From: an uncultured Muribaculaceae bacterium
GTDB lineage: Bacteria > Bacillota_I > Bacilli_A > RF39 > UBA660
DNA: 64,000 nucleotides
Assembly (NCBI GenBank): GCA_964530845.1
Contig: CAZHBS010000002.1
Span: forward strand, 20,778-84,777
Reading direction: 5' to 3'
Shown: positions 8,588 through 18,075 of the stretch, piece by piece
Layout: the number at the start of each line of letters is the position of its first letter
How positions within the stretch are numbered: the stretch's first letter is position 1
Translations under genes and position numbers: made by a program
Notes under the pieces: model-generated
What the model saw: only the letters and a program-made list of their open reading frames with translations
The model's database searches: none
What the model was told of the DNA's origin: nothing

Positions 8588-9520
8588 CTACCGTTCTCTA
8601 TCTCTACTCAAATGTTTACTATAATATTCAACTGCTTTTACAATAAAATCTTCCATGTTATTTACTTTATAATTTTTAGGTATTACAGACTTAATTTTAT
8701 TTTCGCTAATTTTAATTTTAGCCACTTGATTAGGTTTTTCTTCTTTCATTAAATCTCGAATATAATCTTCTGTTAATCCATTTAATTCACTTTCTTTTCT
8801 TAATTTTATTGCTTGAGCATGTGATGGAGTTGCATCAGAATATTCTATTGAATTTAAAAGCATTTCTTGTTCATCTTTAGTAAGATATGAAAGCTCTACT
8901 GCTGGTCTTAATGCAATTATAGGTTTTTCATTTAAAACAGAATTATCTACCATATCTAAAAGTTCTGGAATAAGTTCATTCAACCGTAAATATCTTTGTA
9001 CTTGTCTTCCACTTTCTGAATTTTCTTCTCCAATTATATCTCTAGTTCTTGCATTGTAGCCCATTGGTCCACTTTTTATATTTTTTATTGCTTCCATTTT
9101 CATTTTGTATGCTTTTGCCTTTTCACTTGGAAGAATATTAGTTCTATGAAGATTTGAATCTACCATATACACTATAGCTTCTTCTTTAGACATATCTCTA
9201 ACTATACAGGGTATAAAGTTATTACCTAATAATTCAGAAGCAAATTTTCTTCTATGACCTGCAATTATCTCAAACCTATCATTTTCTTTTTTTCTAACAA
9301 TAATTGGTTCCAATACACCATTATCTTTTATACTTTCTTTTAGCTTCGATAAATCCTCATTTTCCTGTACCTTAAATGGATGCTCTGGGAAATCATCTAT
9401 TAATGATAAATCAATTAATTCAACTTTTTCTTTTTTCTCTTCATCTCTATCTTCTTGAGTTGAAAAGAAATCATCTAACTTGAATGTTGTTAGATCTATG
9501 TTTTTCTTTTGCTCCGTCAC
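8588..9520 (-). CDS. parB: ParB/Spo0J-family partition protein
   Basis: ParB N-terminal box IIAGHRRKFASELLG. GTG start 6 nt after AAAGGAGGT. The gene follows parA. Confidence 0.85.
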   Translation of the reverse strand: MTEQKKNIDLTTFKLDDFFSTQEDRDEEKKEKVELIDLSLIDDFPEHPFKVQENEDLSKLKESIKDNGVLEPIIVRKKENDRFEIIAGHRRKFASELLGNNFIPCIVRDMSKEEAIVYMVDSNLHRTNILPSEKAKAYKMKMEAIKNIKSGPMGYNARTRDIIGEENSESGRQVQRYLRLNELIPELLDMVDNSVLNEKPIIALRPAVELSYLTKDEQEMLLNSIEYSDATPSHAQAIKLRKESELNGLTEDYIRDLMKEEKPNQVAKIKISENKIKSVIPKNYKVNNMEDFIVKAVEYYSKHLSRDRER

Positions 9521-10298
9521 TCAGTACCTCCTTTGCAAAATTATCATAAGCAAGTGCAACTTTACTATTTTTATCGTAAGAGAATATACTTTGACCTTGT
9601 CCAGTTGACTCTGCCATCTTAATCGCTCGTGGAATTTGAGTATCAAATATTTTAAATACCATTCCATAAGTATTATTTAATTCTTGTCTAATATTTCTAG
9701 CAAGCTTTGTTCTTTCATCAACTAAAGAAAGTAATATTCCTCCAACTTCTAAATCAGGATTAATTTTCTTTCTGACTTTAACTACTGTTTGAAGCAAATG
9801 CCCCATACCTTTGGTTGCTAAGAACTGACTTTGTACTGGAATTATAACTTTATCTGCACAAGCAAGAGCATTAATTGTTATCATTCCTAAACTAGGCATA
9901 CAATCAATTAACACATAGTCATAATCATTTTTTAAATTTGACAATACATTTTTCATTGTATATTCCCTACTCATTGCATTTACTAAACTAACTTCTAATG
10001 AAGATAGTTCTAAATTGGATGGAATTAAATCTACACCTTCATTATGATGAAGTATTGCTTCTTTTGGATTAACATCTTTATCAATTACCGAGTCATGCAT
10101 GAGAGTTGCTAAGGTTATTGGAATCTCATCTACATTATGCCAGCCCATATATGTTGGTAAGTCACCTTGGGGATCTGCGTCAACTAATAATACTTTCTGT
10201 CCTCTTTTAGCAAGTGCTACTCCAAGACTAAAAGTAGAAGTTGTTTTTGCTGTTCCTCCTTTCTGATTAGAAATTGCTATAATTTTACCTTCTTTCAT
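9471..10298 (-). CDS. parA: ParA/Soj-family ATPase
   Basis: Deviant Walker A in ISNQKGGTAKTTSTFSLG, then LLVDADPQG and IDCMPSLG. Confidence 0.9.
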   Translation of the reverse strand: MKEGKIIAISNQKGGTAKTTSTFSLGVALAKRGQKVLLVDADPQGDLPTYMGWHNVDEIPITLATLMHDSVIDKDVNPKEAILHHNEGVDLIPSNLELSSLEVSLVNAMSREYTMKNVLSNLKNDYDYVLIDCMPSLGMITINALACADKVIIPVQSQFLATKGMGHLLQTVVKVRKKINPDLEVGGILLSLVDERTKLARNIRQELNNTYGMVFKIFDTQIPRAIKMAESTGQGQSIFSYDKNSKVALAYDNFAKEVLSDGAKEKHRSNNIQVR

Positions 10299-10320
10299 TA
10301 ATTCACCTCCTTCTTTTTTT

Positions 10321-10395
10321 AGCCATCTTAATAATGGCTATGTATCCCATTTTAGGTATAAAAAAAGAACTAAGTTACTTCTCGTATTTAGTTCT
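10321..10395 (-). promoter_or_regulatory. Two hairpins in the parA leader (possible ParA/ParB operator or centromere-like site)
   Basis: AGCCAT-N7-ATGGCT (10321-10339) and AGAACTAA-N14-TTAGTTCT (10366-10395), immediately upstream of the parA RBS. Confidence 0.25.
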
Positions 10396-10477
10396 CATAA
10401 TATGTTTAAATTTATAGATTTTTAAGTGGGGGGTTGGACTATTTGTGCCACCTTGCTAATTCTCCCCCATTTTTGCA

Positions 10478-10517
10478 CTAAAAAACACCATTTATTGATA
10501 ATTTTGGTGCTTTTTTA
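10478..10517. terminator. Bidirectional intrinsic terminator
   Basis: A-run, CACCA-N14-TGGTG stem, T-run. It lies downstream of the KilA-N gene on the minus strand. Confidence 0.45.
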
Positions 10518-10640
10518 CCGATTTTTTTCTAAAACATGCATCATCTCAATCGCTTGTTTTCTCTTTATTTATAAAGGTTTCATGATTTTGCAAAATAAAT
10601 TTTTCCCAATCAGTTAATATTTGTTTTATTTTCATTCATT

Positions 10641-11486
10641 TTAATCACTCCTTTTACTATCATTTAATAACTTAATTCTTTCTGCATTATCAAGTATGTC
10701 TAATTGATAATTACATATATCACTTAATACTTCAAATCTTTCTTCTTTCGATTTGCCTTCTTTAATTAACTCAGCATTATGTGATTCCAAATTTGATAAA
10801 ACCGTCAATTCATTTATAGAAGCATAATCTCTTACATTTGAGTTTTTTGCTAAATTTGGATTTAATTCTCTCCATTTTTTTGCAGTAGTATGAAATAAAA
10901 TTACGTTAAGAATATCAGCCTCTTCTGCGTATTTTAACCATTCTCTATCTTTATAAAAATCATTATCAGGCAAAATATAATTTTTAATAGCATCTGTATG
11001 AATTAAATAGTTATTCTTAGTAAGAATTCTTTTAACATCCCATTCTCTGTTTTGATTTTCTATTTCTTTTAATCTTTCAAATTCTTTAATTAAATATAAT
11101 TTAAATACTGGACTTATTGCAGATGCAAATTCAAAAGCAATATCTTTATGTGCATAGGTTCCACCATATTTTCCGCGTTTTGAATATATACCAATAGCAT
11201 TTGTTTTATTACACCATTCAGTAACACTTAATGTAAAAGTATGAAGGCCAGCATTTTTTCTAAACCCGTCGAATTCGACGGAATTAAAATCTGGATTATA
11301 AAGCAACTCCCAAGTTCCTAGAAATTCTAAAGTTATTCTATTTCTTAACCAGTTTCTTATAATATCATCTGAAGTAGATTTACCATCTTTAAACTTGGTG
11401 AAATCAGAAATACAAATATAATCTTTTTCGTTTACGCTAGTCACATTTACTCTCACATTTTGAACCTCTATTATTTTATTAGACAT
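10641..11486 (-). CDS. KilA-N domain DNA-binding protein
   Basis: The N-terminal ICISDFTKFKDG...IRNWLRNRITLEFLGTWE...GTYAHKDIAFEFASAISPVFKLYLIKEF pattern is typical of KilA-N proteins. Confidence 0.7.
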   Translation of the reverse strand: MSNKIIEVQNVRVNVTSVNEKDYICISDFTKFKDGKSTSDDIIRNWLRNRITLEFLGTWELLYNPDFNSVEFDGFRKNAGLHTFTLSVTEWCNKTNAIGIYSKRGKYGGTYAHKDIAFEFASAISPVFKLYLIKEFERLKEIENQNREWDVKRILTKNNYLIHTDAIKNYILPDNDFYKDREWLKYAEEADILNVILFHTTAKKWRELNPNLAKNSNVRDYASINELTVLSNLESHNAELIKEGKSKEERFEVLSDICNYQLDILDNAERIKLLNDSKRSD

Positions 11487-11537
11487 ACACTCACCTCTTT
11501 CTTATGTTCTTAAAAGTCGTAATCATCTTTCTAATTT

Positions 11538-11712
11538 CTAAATAAATCTCTCATCATTTAAAACAAATCCCCTTGTCATATATTCTTTTAAAATTTTAGT
11601 TGCCCAAATTCTAAATTCAGTTGCTTTTTTAATCAATAAGTAAACTACACAACATATTATATCATAAATATTACCGTTTTCTTTCTGTACATGAAAAAAG
11701 CATTTCTTAATC
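11538..11712 (-). pseudogene. Remnant of a RhuM-family gene
   Basis: Start-less open frame of about 57 codons reading ...VQKENGNIYDII...KKATEFRIWATKILKEYMTRGFVLNDERFI*. This matches the conserved ATQFRIWAT-LKEY-KGF-DDERL core of RhuM proteins. Both flanking parts of the gene are missing. Confidence 0.5.
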
Positions 11713-11739
11713 TAATTATTAAATCTACTAATTGAATAC

Positions 11740-11772
11740 AAAAAAACACCAACAGAACATAACTTTGGTGTC
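11740..11772 (-). terminator. Intrinsic terminator after the GT4 gene
   Basis: Minus strand: ACACCAA-N12-TTGGTGT followed by a T7 run. Confidence 0.5.
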
Positions 11773-11782
11773 TCAATATCTA

Positions 11783-12982
11783 TTATTTATTTTTTACAAT
11801 GTCATTAAAAACATTCTCTAAATTATCAATACAAACTTTTTTATCAAAATATTTATCATAATATTTTTTAGCATTTTTTGACCAAGTTTTTATATTTTCT
11901 TGATGCTTAAACGCATAAGCAATATTTTTAGCTAGGCCCTTAGAATCCAAAGATTCACAACATAATCCACAATTAGCATCTTGAATTACAGTCTTAACTT
12001 CTCCACTAACTGCTCCCAATATAGGTTTACCAGCTAACATATATGATTGTATTTTTGCAGGTAAAGTATTATTAACTACTTCATTATTAACCATAGTTAT
12101 TAAAAATGCATCAGCAATAGAATAAAATTTTGGCATTTCTTTTACATCATGAAATCCATGAAATATAACATTATCTAATTTTAGTTTATTAGACATTTCT
12201 TCACATAAACCTCTTGATAAACCATCGCCAACAATATGAAAAACCATGTTTTTATTATTCTTCAAAATATTCGCTGCCTCTATTATTGTCTCAACACTTT
12301 GAGCAGGTCCAATATTTCCTGCAAAAACTAAATTAAATTTACCATCACTTTTTTTCTTAATATTTTTATAATCATCTTCTGCATAACTTGGTAAATATAA
12401 TAATCCCTTTGATTTAGCACTAATACCCAATTCATTTTCAAAATAATCTTTAAAAGATTTTGAACTAGTAGTAATTAAATCAGCACTTCTATATATTTTT
12501 TTACTCAAAGAAAGCAAAATCTTATAAATAAAACTATTTTTACTTATAGGTCCAGTAGTAACACTTATAGGCCATTGATCTAAGCAATGAATTATAAGAG
12601 GAATTTTACCCAACTTACTAACTATAATTGCAGGAACTGCCATCGTAATTGGAGAAAGTTGATATACATATACTACATCAAAATCTTTTTTCATAAATAA
12701 TGCTTTTAAAGAACCACTTATTAAAAAAGATAAATAATTTAACCCCATTCTTATTACAGATTTCCCTCTACCTATCAATGGAACTCTTATAATATTAACT
12801 CCTTGTATATTTTGTTTTCTATTCTTAAAAAATCTATATTCTTTTAATATAACACCCTTAGGATAATTTGGTAATCCCGTAAGAACAGTTACATCATGAC
12901 CTTTTTTTGCAAGTTCAAAACAAATATCGTTAATTCTAAATTGTTCAGGATAAAAGTGCTGACAAACGACTAATATTTTCAT
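11783..12982 (-). CDS. Glycosyltransferase family 4 (WcaI/WbuB-like)
   Basis: MKILVVCQHFYPEQFRINDICFELAKKGHDVTVLTGLPNYP N-terminus and a GT-B C-terminal half. Confidence 0.8.
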   Translation of the reverse strand: MKILVVCQHFYPEQFRINDICFELAKKGHDVTVLTGLPNYPKGVILKEYRFFKNRKQNIQGVNIIRVPLIGRGKSVIRMGLNYLSFLISGSLKALFMKKDFDVVYVYQLSPITMAVPAIIVSKLGKIPLIIHCLDQWPISVTTGPISKNSFIYKILLSLSKKIYRSADLITTSSKSFKDYFENELGISAKSKGLLYLPSYAEDDYKNIKKKSDGKFNLVFAGNIGPAQSVETIIEAANILKNNKNMVFHIVGDGLSRGLCEEMSNKLKLDNVIFHGFHDVKEMPKFYSIADAFLITMVNNEVVNNTLPAKIQSYMLAGKPILGAVSGEVKTVIQDANCGLCCESLDSKGLAKNIAYAFKHQENIKTWSKNAKKYYDKYFDKKVCIDNLENVFNDIVKNK

Positions 12983-12990
12983 AAAACCAC

Positions 12991-13344
12991 CTATTTTTTA
13001 TAACTTAATAATAAAATACCTATTAAAAGTACAACAATTCCAACTATATTGTATATATTTATTTTTTCCTTAAATACCAATACACCTATAACAAACACAA
13101 TAATTTGAACAATTGCTGTTACAATAGGAACAATCTGACTCAATTCAAACATTGTAAGAAGTTTTTGCCATAACAAAAAACTAACTGCATATAATATAAA
13201 TCCAAGTAAAGTCAAATACCCTATCTTAAACCCAAAAGAATTTGACAAACTAAGTTTTATAGAATCTCCACCTAATTTAATTAATGTCAAACCTGACGTT
13301 GTAAATATTAAATATAAAATTGTTAAAAAAATTGTCATAATCAC
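12991..13344 (-). CDS. Small 4-TM EamA/SMR-like membrane protein (ArnE/F-like flippase candidate)
   Basis: 117 aa with four hydrophobic helices. Lies inside the glycosylation operon, 8 nt from the GT4 gene. Confidence 0.45.
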   Translation of the reverse strand: MIMTIFLTILYLIFTTSGLTLIKLGGDSIKLSLSNSFGFKIGYLTLLGFILYAVSFLLWQKLLTMFELSQIVPIVTAIVQIIVFVIGVLVFKEKINIYNIVGIVVLLIGILLLSYKK

Positions 13345-13685
13345 TTTCTCCTATTCATACTACTTTTTAATAAAGAAATCTCTTGAATTAACAAATTAAT
13401 CTTATTTGTTTGACTTGATACAATTATAGTCAAACTTATATTAATTAATATTAAAATAAATATAAAAACTGCAATAACTAAATTAGATACAACCTGAAAT
13501 CCTAAAAGAGATGCAATTTTTATTAGAAAATTAGGCATAATCCCTATAATGAATAACAAAACAGAAGATATAAACCAAAAAACAGAATATTTAACTGTTA
13601 TTTTTCCTTTTCTAACTATAAAAAACATTACCAATGCCAATAAAACAGCTATAAAACAAATTGTAAATTTTAAAACAACACTCAA
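13341..13685 (-). CDS. DUF2304-family membrane protein
   Basis: The FIVRKGKITVKYSVFWF motif and its position directly after a GT2 gene are typical of DUF2304. 4-nt overlaps on both sides. Confidence 0.55.
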   Translation of the reverse strand: MSVVLKFTICFIAVLLALVMFFIVRKGKITVKYSVFWFISSVLLFIIGIMPNFLIKIASLLGFQVVSNLVIAVFIFILILINISLTIIVSSQTNKINLLIQEISLLKSSMNRRK

Positions 13686-14413
13686 TTTCTATACCTCCTA
13701 AAACAAGTAACTACTATTGATAATATAACATTAAACATATAGTAAACTGTCTTCCATGCCCTAATTGATGATACTCCGCCTTCTCTAGCGTTCATCTCAA
13801 CATGACATTCTCCAATATTATAACCTTTTTTTATAAGAATTGTTGTAGAAATCGGTTCAGGATATTCTAATGGATATTCATGAGAAAAATACTCAATAAC
13901 TCTTTTATTACATGCTCTAAAACCAGAAGTTGTATCAGTTATCTTTTTTCCAGTAAAGAGTTTAATCACTAAAGAAATAATTTTAATTCCAAATCTCCTC
14001 AATGCAGTTGACTTAAACTCACCTTCATTTTTAGAATTAGATTCAACATATCTAGACCCAATAACCATATCAGATTTATTTTTTTCCATATATTGAAGCA
14101 AATTTTTTACATACTCTACATTATGTTGTCCATCTCCATCAAACTGTATAGCAACATCATATTCATTTTCATAGGCATATTTATAACCAGTTTGAACTGC
14201 TCCACCAATTCCAAGATTATGAATTAAAGAAATATGATTAATATTATTTTTAACTAAAATATCTTCAGTCGAATCAGTAGATTCATCATTAATAACAACA
14301 TAATCATAATTTGTTTTCATTTTCTTATTAAATGAATCTATTTTAGTAACAGTATTAAGAATATTTTTTTCTTCATTATAAGCTGGTATTATAAGTAAAA
14401 CTTTCTTTTTCAT
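13682..14413 (-). CDS. GT2 polyprenyl-phosphate glycosyltransferase (GtrB/CsbB/DPM1-like)
   Basis: LIIPAYNEEKNI, VVINDESTD and QFDGDGQH (DxD) motifs, in a short GT-A protein. Confidence 0.85.
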   Translation of the reverse strand: MKKKVLLIIPAYNEEKNILNTVTKIDSFNKKMKTNYDYVVINDESTDSTEDILVKNNINHISLIHNLGIGGAVQTGYKYAYENEYDVAIQFDGDGQHNVEYVKNLLQYMEKNKSDMVIGSRYVESNSKNEGEFKSTALRRFGIKIISLVIKLFTGKKITDTTSGFRACNKRVIEYFSHEYPLEYPEPISTTILIKKGYNIGECHVEMNAREGGVSSIRAWKTVYYMFNVILSIVVTCFRRYRN

Positions 14414-14423
14414 ACTATCTCCT

Positions 14424-16280
14424 TCAATCGCAATAAACAGCTCTATACTGATCGTTTATTTTTTTCATCTTATATAATGTTTGTTTTTTCATAGGTGATT
14501 CAAATAAAGATTCAAACTCTTTTTCTTGTTCTTTACCGAAATTATAAACGTAAATATATACATCGCCTTTTCTTTTTTTATTTAAAAATGCTTCTTCTTT
14601 TTTTGTTAAAATATTTAGAGTATAAACAAAATGAGATTTCTTATCCATAATAAAATCTACTTTATTAAATGGCAAATAAGAAACTGTTCCAGGCAATAAT
14701 TCATAAGTTAAAATATACGGATTAGCTTCCTCTTTTGTAACAACATAAACAATATTATTTTGAGTATCAATCTTTTTTAAATCTTCAACTGACTTATCAA
14801 ATTGATGTCGATAAGCAATTGAGTCATTGGTATACTTTTTCGTAAGAAATTCTTTTGTTTGAAAATTTGCAACTGTTGATGAGAGTAAAATTGAAAATAA
14901 TAATAAGGAAAGAAGTGGCATATTAACTTTGTAACTTAATTGAACAATTGAATATGTTACTAAAAAAATATCGGCCGCAACTAAAGTATACAAATATCTT
15001 TGTAATGCTTCTACTGCAATGGCAGTACTTGGCATTATACTGCAGACTAAAAACAAGAAGTAAATATAAGCAAAATGTGCCAATACAAATAATGTTATCG
15101 CAACCCCATATCTTAATTTATCTTTCTTCTTAATTTTTATTAAACTAAAGATTATTAAAAGAGTAGACATTATAAGCAAAATAAAATATTTGTAATTAAA
15201 AATAGTATTTTTAACAGTATGAATATAATCAGGCAATCGTTCTATAAATTCATCATTTTTAAAAGCAAATAAAACTTCAAAAACACTGGTAGAAATATTT
15301 TCTTTAATATTAACAAGAGCTATTGCTATATTCCATGAAAAATAAGTAAAAAATAAAGTTAGAATTGGCAATAATAACATAAATACTTTGTTAAATTTCA
15401 AATTATTCTTTATTTTCTTATTTTTATTATTCTTTTTTATATATTTTAAAAGATTTTTTCTATTAAAGATAAATAAATCAAAATAAATTATTGTTAATGA
15501 AACAAGAGCTAATAGAATTCCATTGAGTTTACTACAGCAAACAAAAAATACCCCCAATGAAATATTTAATAAAGAAATAGTATCAAACTCACTATTAAAA
15601 TAATAAAAAATAATATAACCAAAAACTAATCCTAAAATAGCATCTACCAATACTGTATAGTAAATAGCAGGCCACATTAACATCGTTAAAGGAACAATAA
15701 ATATTATTAATAAATTAACAATAAATTGAAAACATTTACTCTTATTCTTAAAAATAAAGACTCCAAGAGACAAATATAAAATATTATTTGCCATAAATAA
15801 AATATCTTCTCTAAAATTAAAATTTAATATTTCAAAAAAAGATTGAAATATTGCAGTACCAGCCTGATAGTTTTTAGCTAAAGCAGGCAATTCACTATAT
15901 AAATAAAGTTCTTTAGAATAAAAAGTATCTTTTGCAAATAATCCCCACGCAGTAAACTCATCTAAACAAATAAGTTTACTATCTCTTACAAAATAATATA
16001 ATAAACAAAATAGTATTAAAAATCCTAGGAGGCCAAAGTCAATATTATGTTTTATAGAAGACTTATTTTTTATAAAATAATAAATAATATAAATAAAACA
16101 TGCAACCGCCGAAAGAACTATTAAACTTAAGCCTATCATATACATTTTTAATAATCCAAATATATATAATATAAAAGTTATTCCAGCAACACTTGCAAAT
16201 AATGTCTCGGCATTAGTCTTTTTAAAATATATACTTAAAAAAATAGAAAAAACTATAACTATAATTAATCCTAAAATCAT
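14424..16280 (-). CDS. Large polytopic membrane protein, GT-C-like glycosyltransferase candidate
   Basis: 618 aa with more than 12 predicted TM helices and a soluble C-terminal domain of about 140 aa. It is the first gene of the operon containing the GT2 and flippase-like genes. Confidence 0.45.
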   Translation of the reverse strand: MILGLIIVIVFSIFLSIYFKKTNAETLFASVAGITFILYIFGLLKMYMIGLSLIVLSAVACFIYIIYYFIKNKSSIKHNIDFGLLGFLILFCLLYYFVRDSKLICLDEFTAWGLFAKDTFYSKELYLYSELPALAKNYQAGTAIFQSFFEILNFNFREDILFMANNILYLSLGVFIFKNKSKCFQFIVNLLIIFIVPLTMLMWPAIYYTVLVDAILGLVFGYIIFYYFNSEFDTISLLNISLGVFFVCCSKLNGILLALVSLTIIYFDLFIFNRKNLLKYIKKNNKNKKIKNNLKFNKVFMLLLPILTLFFTYFSWNIAIALVNIKENISTSVFEVLFAFKNDEFIERLPDYIHTVKNTIFNYKYFILLIMSTLLIIFSLIKIKKKDKLRYGVAITLFVLAHFAYIYFLFLVCSIMPSTAIAVEALQRYLYTLVAADIFLVTYSIVQLSYKVNMPLLSLLLFSILLSSTVANFQTKEFLTKKYTNDSIAYRHQFDKSVEDLKKIDTQNNIVYVVTKEEANPYILTYELLPGTVSYLPFNKVDFIMDKKSHFVYTLNILTKKEEAFLNKKRKGDVYIYVYNFGKEQEKEFESLFESPMKKQTLYKMKKINDQYRAVYCD

Positions 16281-16392
16281 ATAATCTCACCAAAACCTTC
16301 CTATGATTTAATTATATAATACAACAATTATTTATTCAAGGAATTTAGTCATACCATAAAAACATAATTCAAAAAATTTCATCTTTATATAA

Positions 16393-17268
16393 CTATATTG
16401 CATTCATTATTTTCCAGTACACTCTATTTTTTTTCTGTTCATCAACGTACTGATAACTCAACATATTATCTTTAGAAACTGCAGACATTTTTGTTTCACC
16501 TTCATACAAATCTCTAGTTCCTTTTGCAACACCTCCACCACGTTTAGCTACTTTCATATTTTCATTTAAACCCTGTGGTCGCTCATTTTTTGCAATATCT
16601 CTTGTTGCAATTTCTCCTATGTTTGTAAGTGCAACTTCAATATCTGCCATATTATCTCTTAATGATTCTTTTCTTAATCCTTTATATGCTTTATATTCGC
16701 TAGCCTTCATTCCAGACCAACCTTTGTAAATTTCATTTGTAAGTAAGGCATATTCATAGTTTTCATTAATTCCATTTTCTTTCCAAGTATCAGTTAAATT
16801 TTTTCTATTTAAAATTCCATTAAATCTCTCCGAAATCCATTTATCACTATATCCTCTTTTTCTATAATAATCTATTGCTCTATTAACTACTATTTCAGGA
16901 TTAAATACTTCATCAATCCTCTCACTGCCTAAGCCTGCTAACCACATTTTAAATGGCTCAGCTTTAGCTGACGGTACTGACTCAATAAGCCTTAAAATAT
17001 TTTGAGTATTAAGCATATCCGTATTTCTCATTTTTCCATCTTTAGCTTTTAATTTGAAACCGTCACAAATTGTGACGGTTTCATTTCCTTCAGAAATCAT
17101 CCTTGATTTTAAGGTTCTCCAATAATGTGCTAGATCGTTACTTTCTGTTAATGCGCCAATAACATCTACTACGCTAAAGTAATAATCCTCCTTTTCACTA
17201 TCCCAAATACTTCTAATTTCATTACCTTCAAATAAATTTGAAATTGTTTCTAATTTATAATCTTTCAT
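16393..17268 (-). CDS. Bro-N domain / DNA-damage-inducible protein D (DinD)-like
   Basis: FEGNEIRSIWDSEKEDYYFSVVDVIGALT (Bro-N), then PSAKAEPFKMWLAGLGSERIDE and a DinD-like C-terminal half. Confidence 0.7.
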   Translation of the reverse strand: MKDYKLETISNLFEGNEIRSIWDSEKEDYYFSVVDVIGALTESNDLAHYWRTLKSRMISEGNETVTICDGFKLKAKDGKMRNTDMLNTQNILRLIESVPSAKAEPFKMWLAGLGSERIDEVFNPEIVVNRAIDYYRKRGYSDKWISERFNGILNRKNLTDTWKENGINENYEYALLTNEIYKGWSGMKASEYKAYKGLRKESLRDNMADIEVALTNIGEIATRDIAKNERPQGLNENMKVAKRGGGVAKGTRDLYEGETKMSAVSKDNMLSYQYVDEQKKNRVYWKIMNAI

Positions 17269-17328
17269 TAATCCTCACATCCTTTTCTAAACTTACATGT
17301 ATCCACTTGCAATATAGCATACATTTGT

Positions 17329-17340
17329 TTGATATATCAA
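17329..17340. promoter_or_regulatory. 12-bp perfect palindrome over the putative -35 of the dinD-like gene
   Basis: TTGATATATCAA. On the minus strand, TTGATA is followed 18 nt later by TATATT, upstream of the ATG at 17268. Confidence 0.25.
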
Positions 17341-17389
17341 CTATCAACTTATATTAAATATTTAATTATTATATTTAAATTCAGTCATA

Positions 17390-17417
17390 GAAAAAGACCA
17401 CTTTTTTCAGTAGTCTT
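17390..17417 (-). terminator. Intrinsic terminator after the methyltransferase gene
   Basis: Minus strand: AAGACTAC-N8-GTGGTCTT (one G-U pair) followed by a T-run. Confidence 0.4.
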
Positions 17418-17505
17418 ATTTAAACTTCTTCTAGTAAATGTATCTACATTTTAAAAATACTTCTTTAACTTTAATTCAAAATAATCAAATCATATCAAAA
17501 GCATT

Positions 17506-18075
17506 TTATTTTTCTTTTTTAGCTATTATATTATAAAAATGCCACTTTTTATGATCAGACTCTCTTATATATTCTATCTCATCAAATTTTAAAACTTTAT
17601 ATTTTTCTAAATACTTTTTCGCAACTTCTATTTTAAAAGTATTAATGTCTTTTCTTCTTCTCCATGCATCTCTATTTCCAAATAATTGACCAACAAAATA
17701 GCCATTATCTTCAATACAATCATAAATCTTATCCCATAATTCATCAAACTTCTGAGGATTACAAAAAGGAATACTAAAAGACGCAAGCAATAACTCTGTC
17801 TTAGGAAGTTCTACATCTTCGAAATTACACTCAATAAAAGAAACATGCTTTGCTTCCTCTGCACTTAATCTATCAAGTATAAATGATTTATTTAAATGAT
17901 TATCTATAGAAGTAACTTTAATACCTTTTTTTAATAAATACACTGACTCATTGCCACTACCACAGCCTAAGTCAACAGCAGTCCCAACACTATAATTATT
18001 ACAAAAATATTCTAATAACTTTGAAACATCATTATTGTAAGTTCTTTTCTGATAGTTTTCCCACTTTTCCATCAC
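17506..18075 (-). CDS. Class I SAM-dependent methyltransferase (TehB-like)
   Basis: Motif I VDLGCGSGNESVYLLKKG. Confidence 0.8.
   Translation of the reverse strand: MMEKWENYQKRTYNNDVSKLLEYFCNNYSVGTAVDLGCGSGNESVYLLKKGIKVTSIDNHLNKSFILDRLSAEEAKHVSFIECNFEDVELPKTELLLASFSIPFCNPQKFDELWDKIYDCIEDNGYFVGQLFGNRDAWRRRKDINTFKIEVAKKYLEKYKVLKFDEIEYIRESDHKKWHFYNIIAKKEK

Larger units (their letters stand above)
1..10440 (-). mobile_element. Segment of a conjugative element (ICE or conjugative plasmid): mobilisation module plus maintenance/leading-region genes; continues past the left edge of the window
   Basis: Co-oriented PcfB, relaxase, MobC, SSB, sortase+adhesin, ParB and ParA. No integrase or T4SS gene lies inside the window, so the element type and the right boundary (about 10.3-10.6 kb) are inferred. 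Confidence 0.7.

Noticed and set aside
10426-10617. 63-aa plus-strand ORF in the parA/KilA-N spacer.
   Set aside because: It runs across a terminator hairpin and the G+C-rich stem. It has no RBS and a hydrophobic junk-like sequence. I treat the region as regulatory or junction DNA.
17269-17505. LexA (Cheo-box GAAC-N4-GTTC) operator upstream of the DinD-like gene.
   Set aside because: No such motif is visible in the spacer. Only the unrelated palindrome TTGATATATCAA is present.
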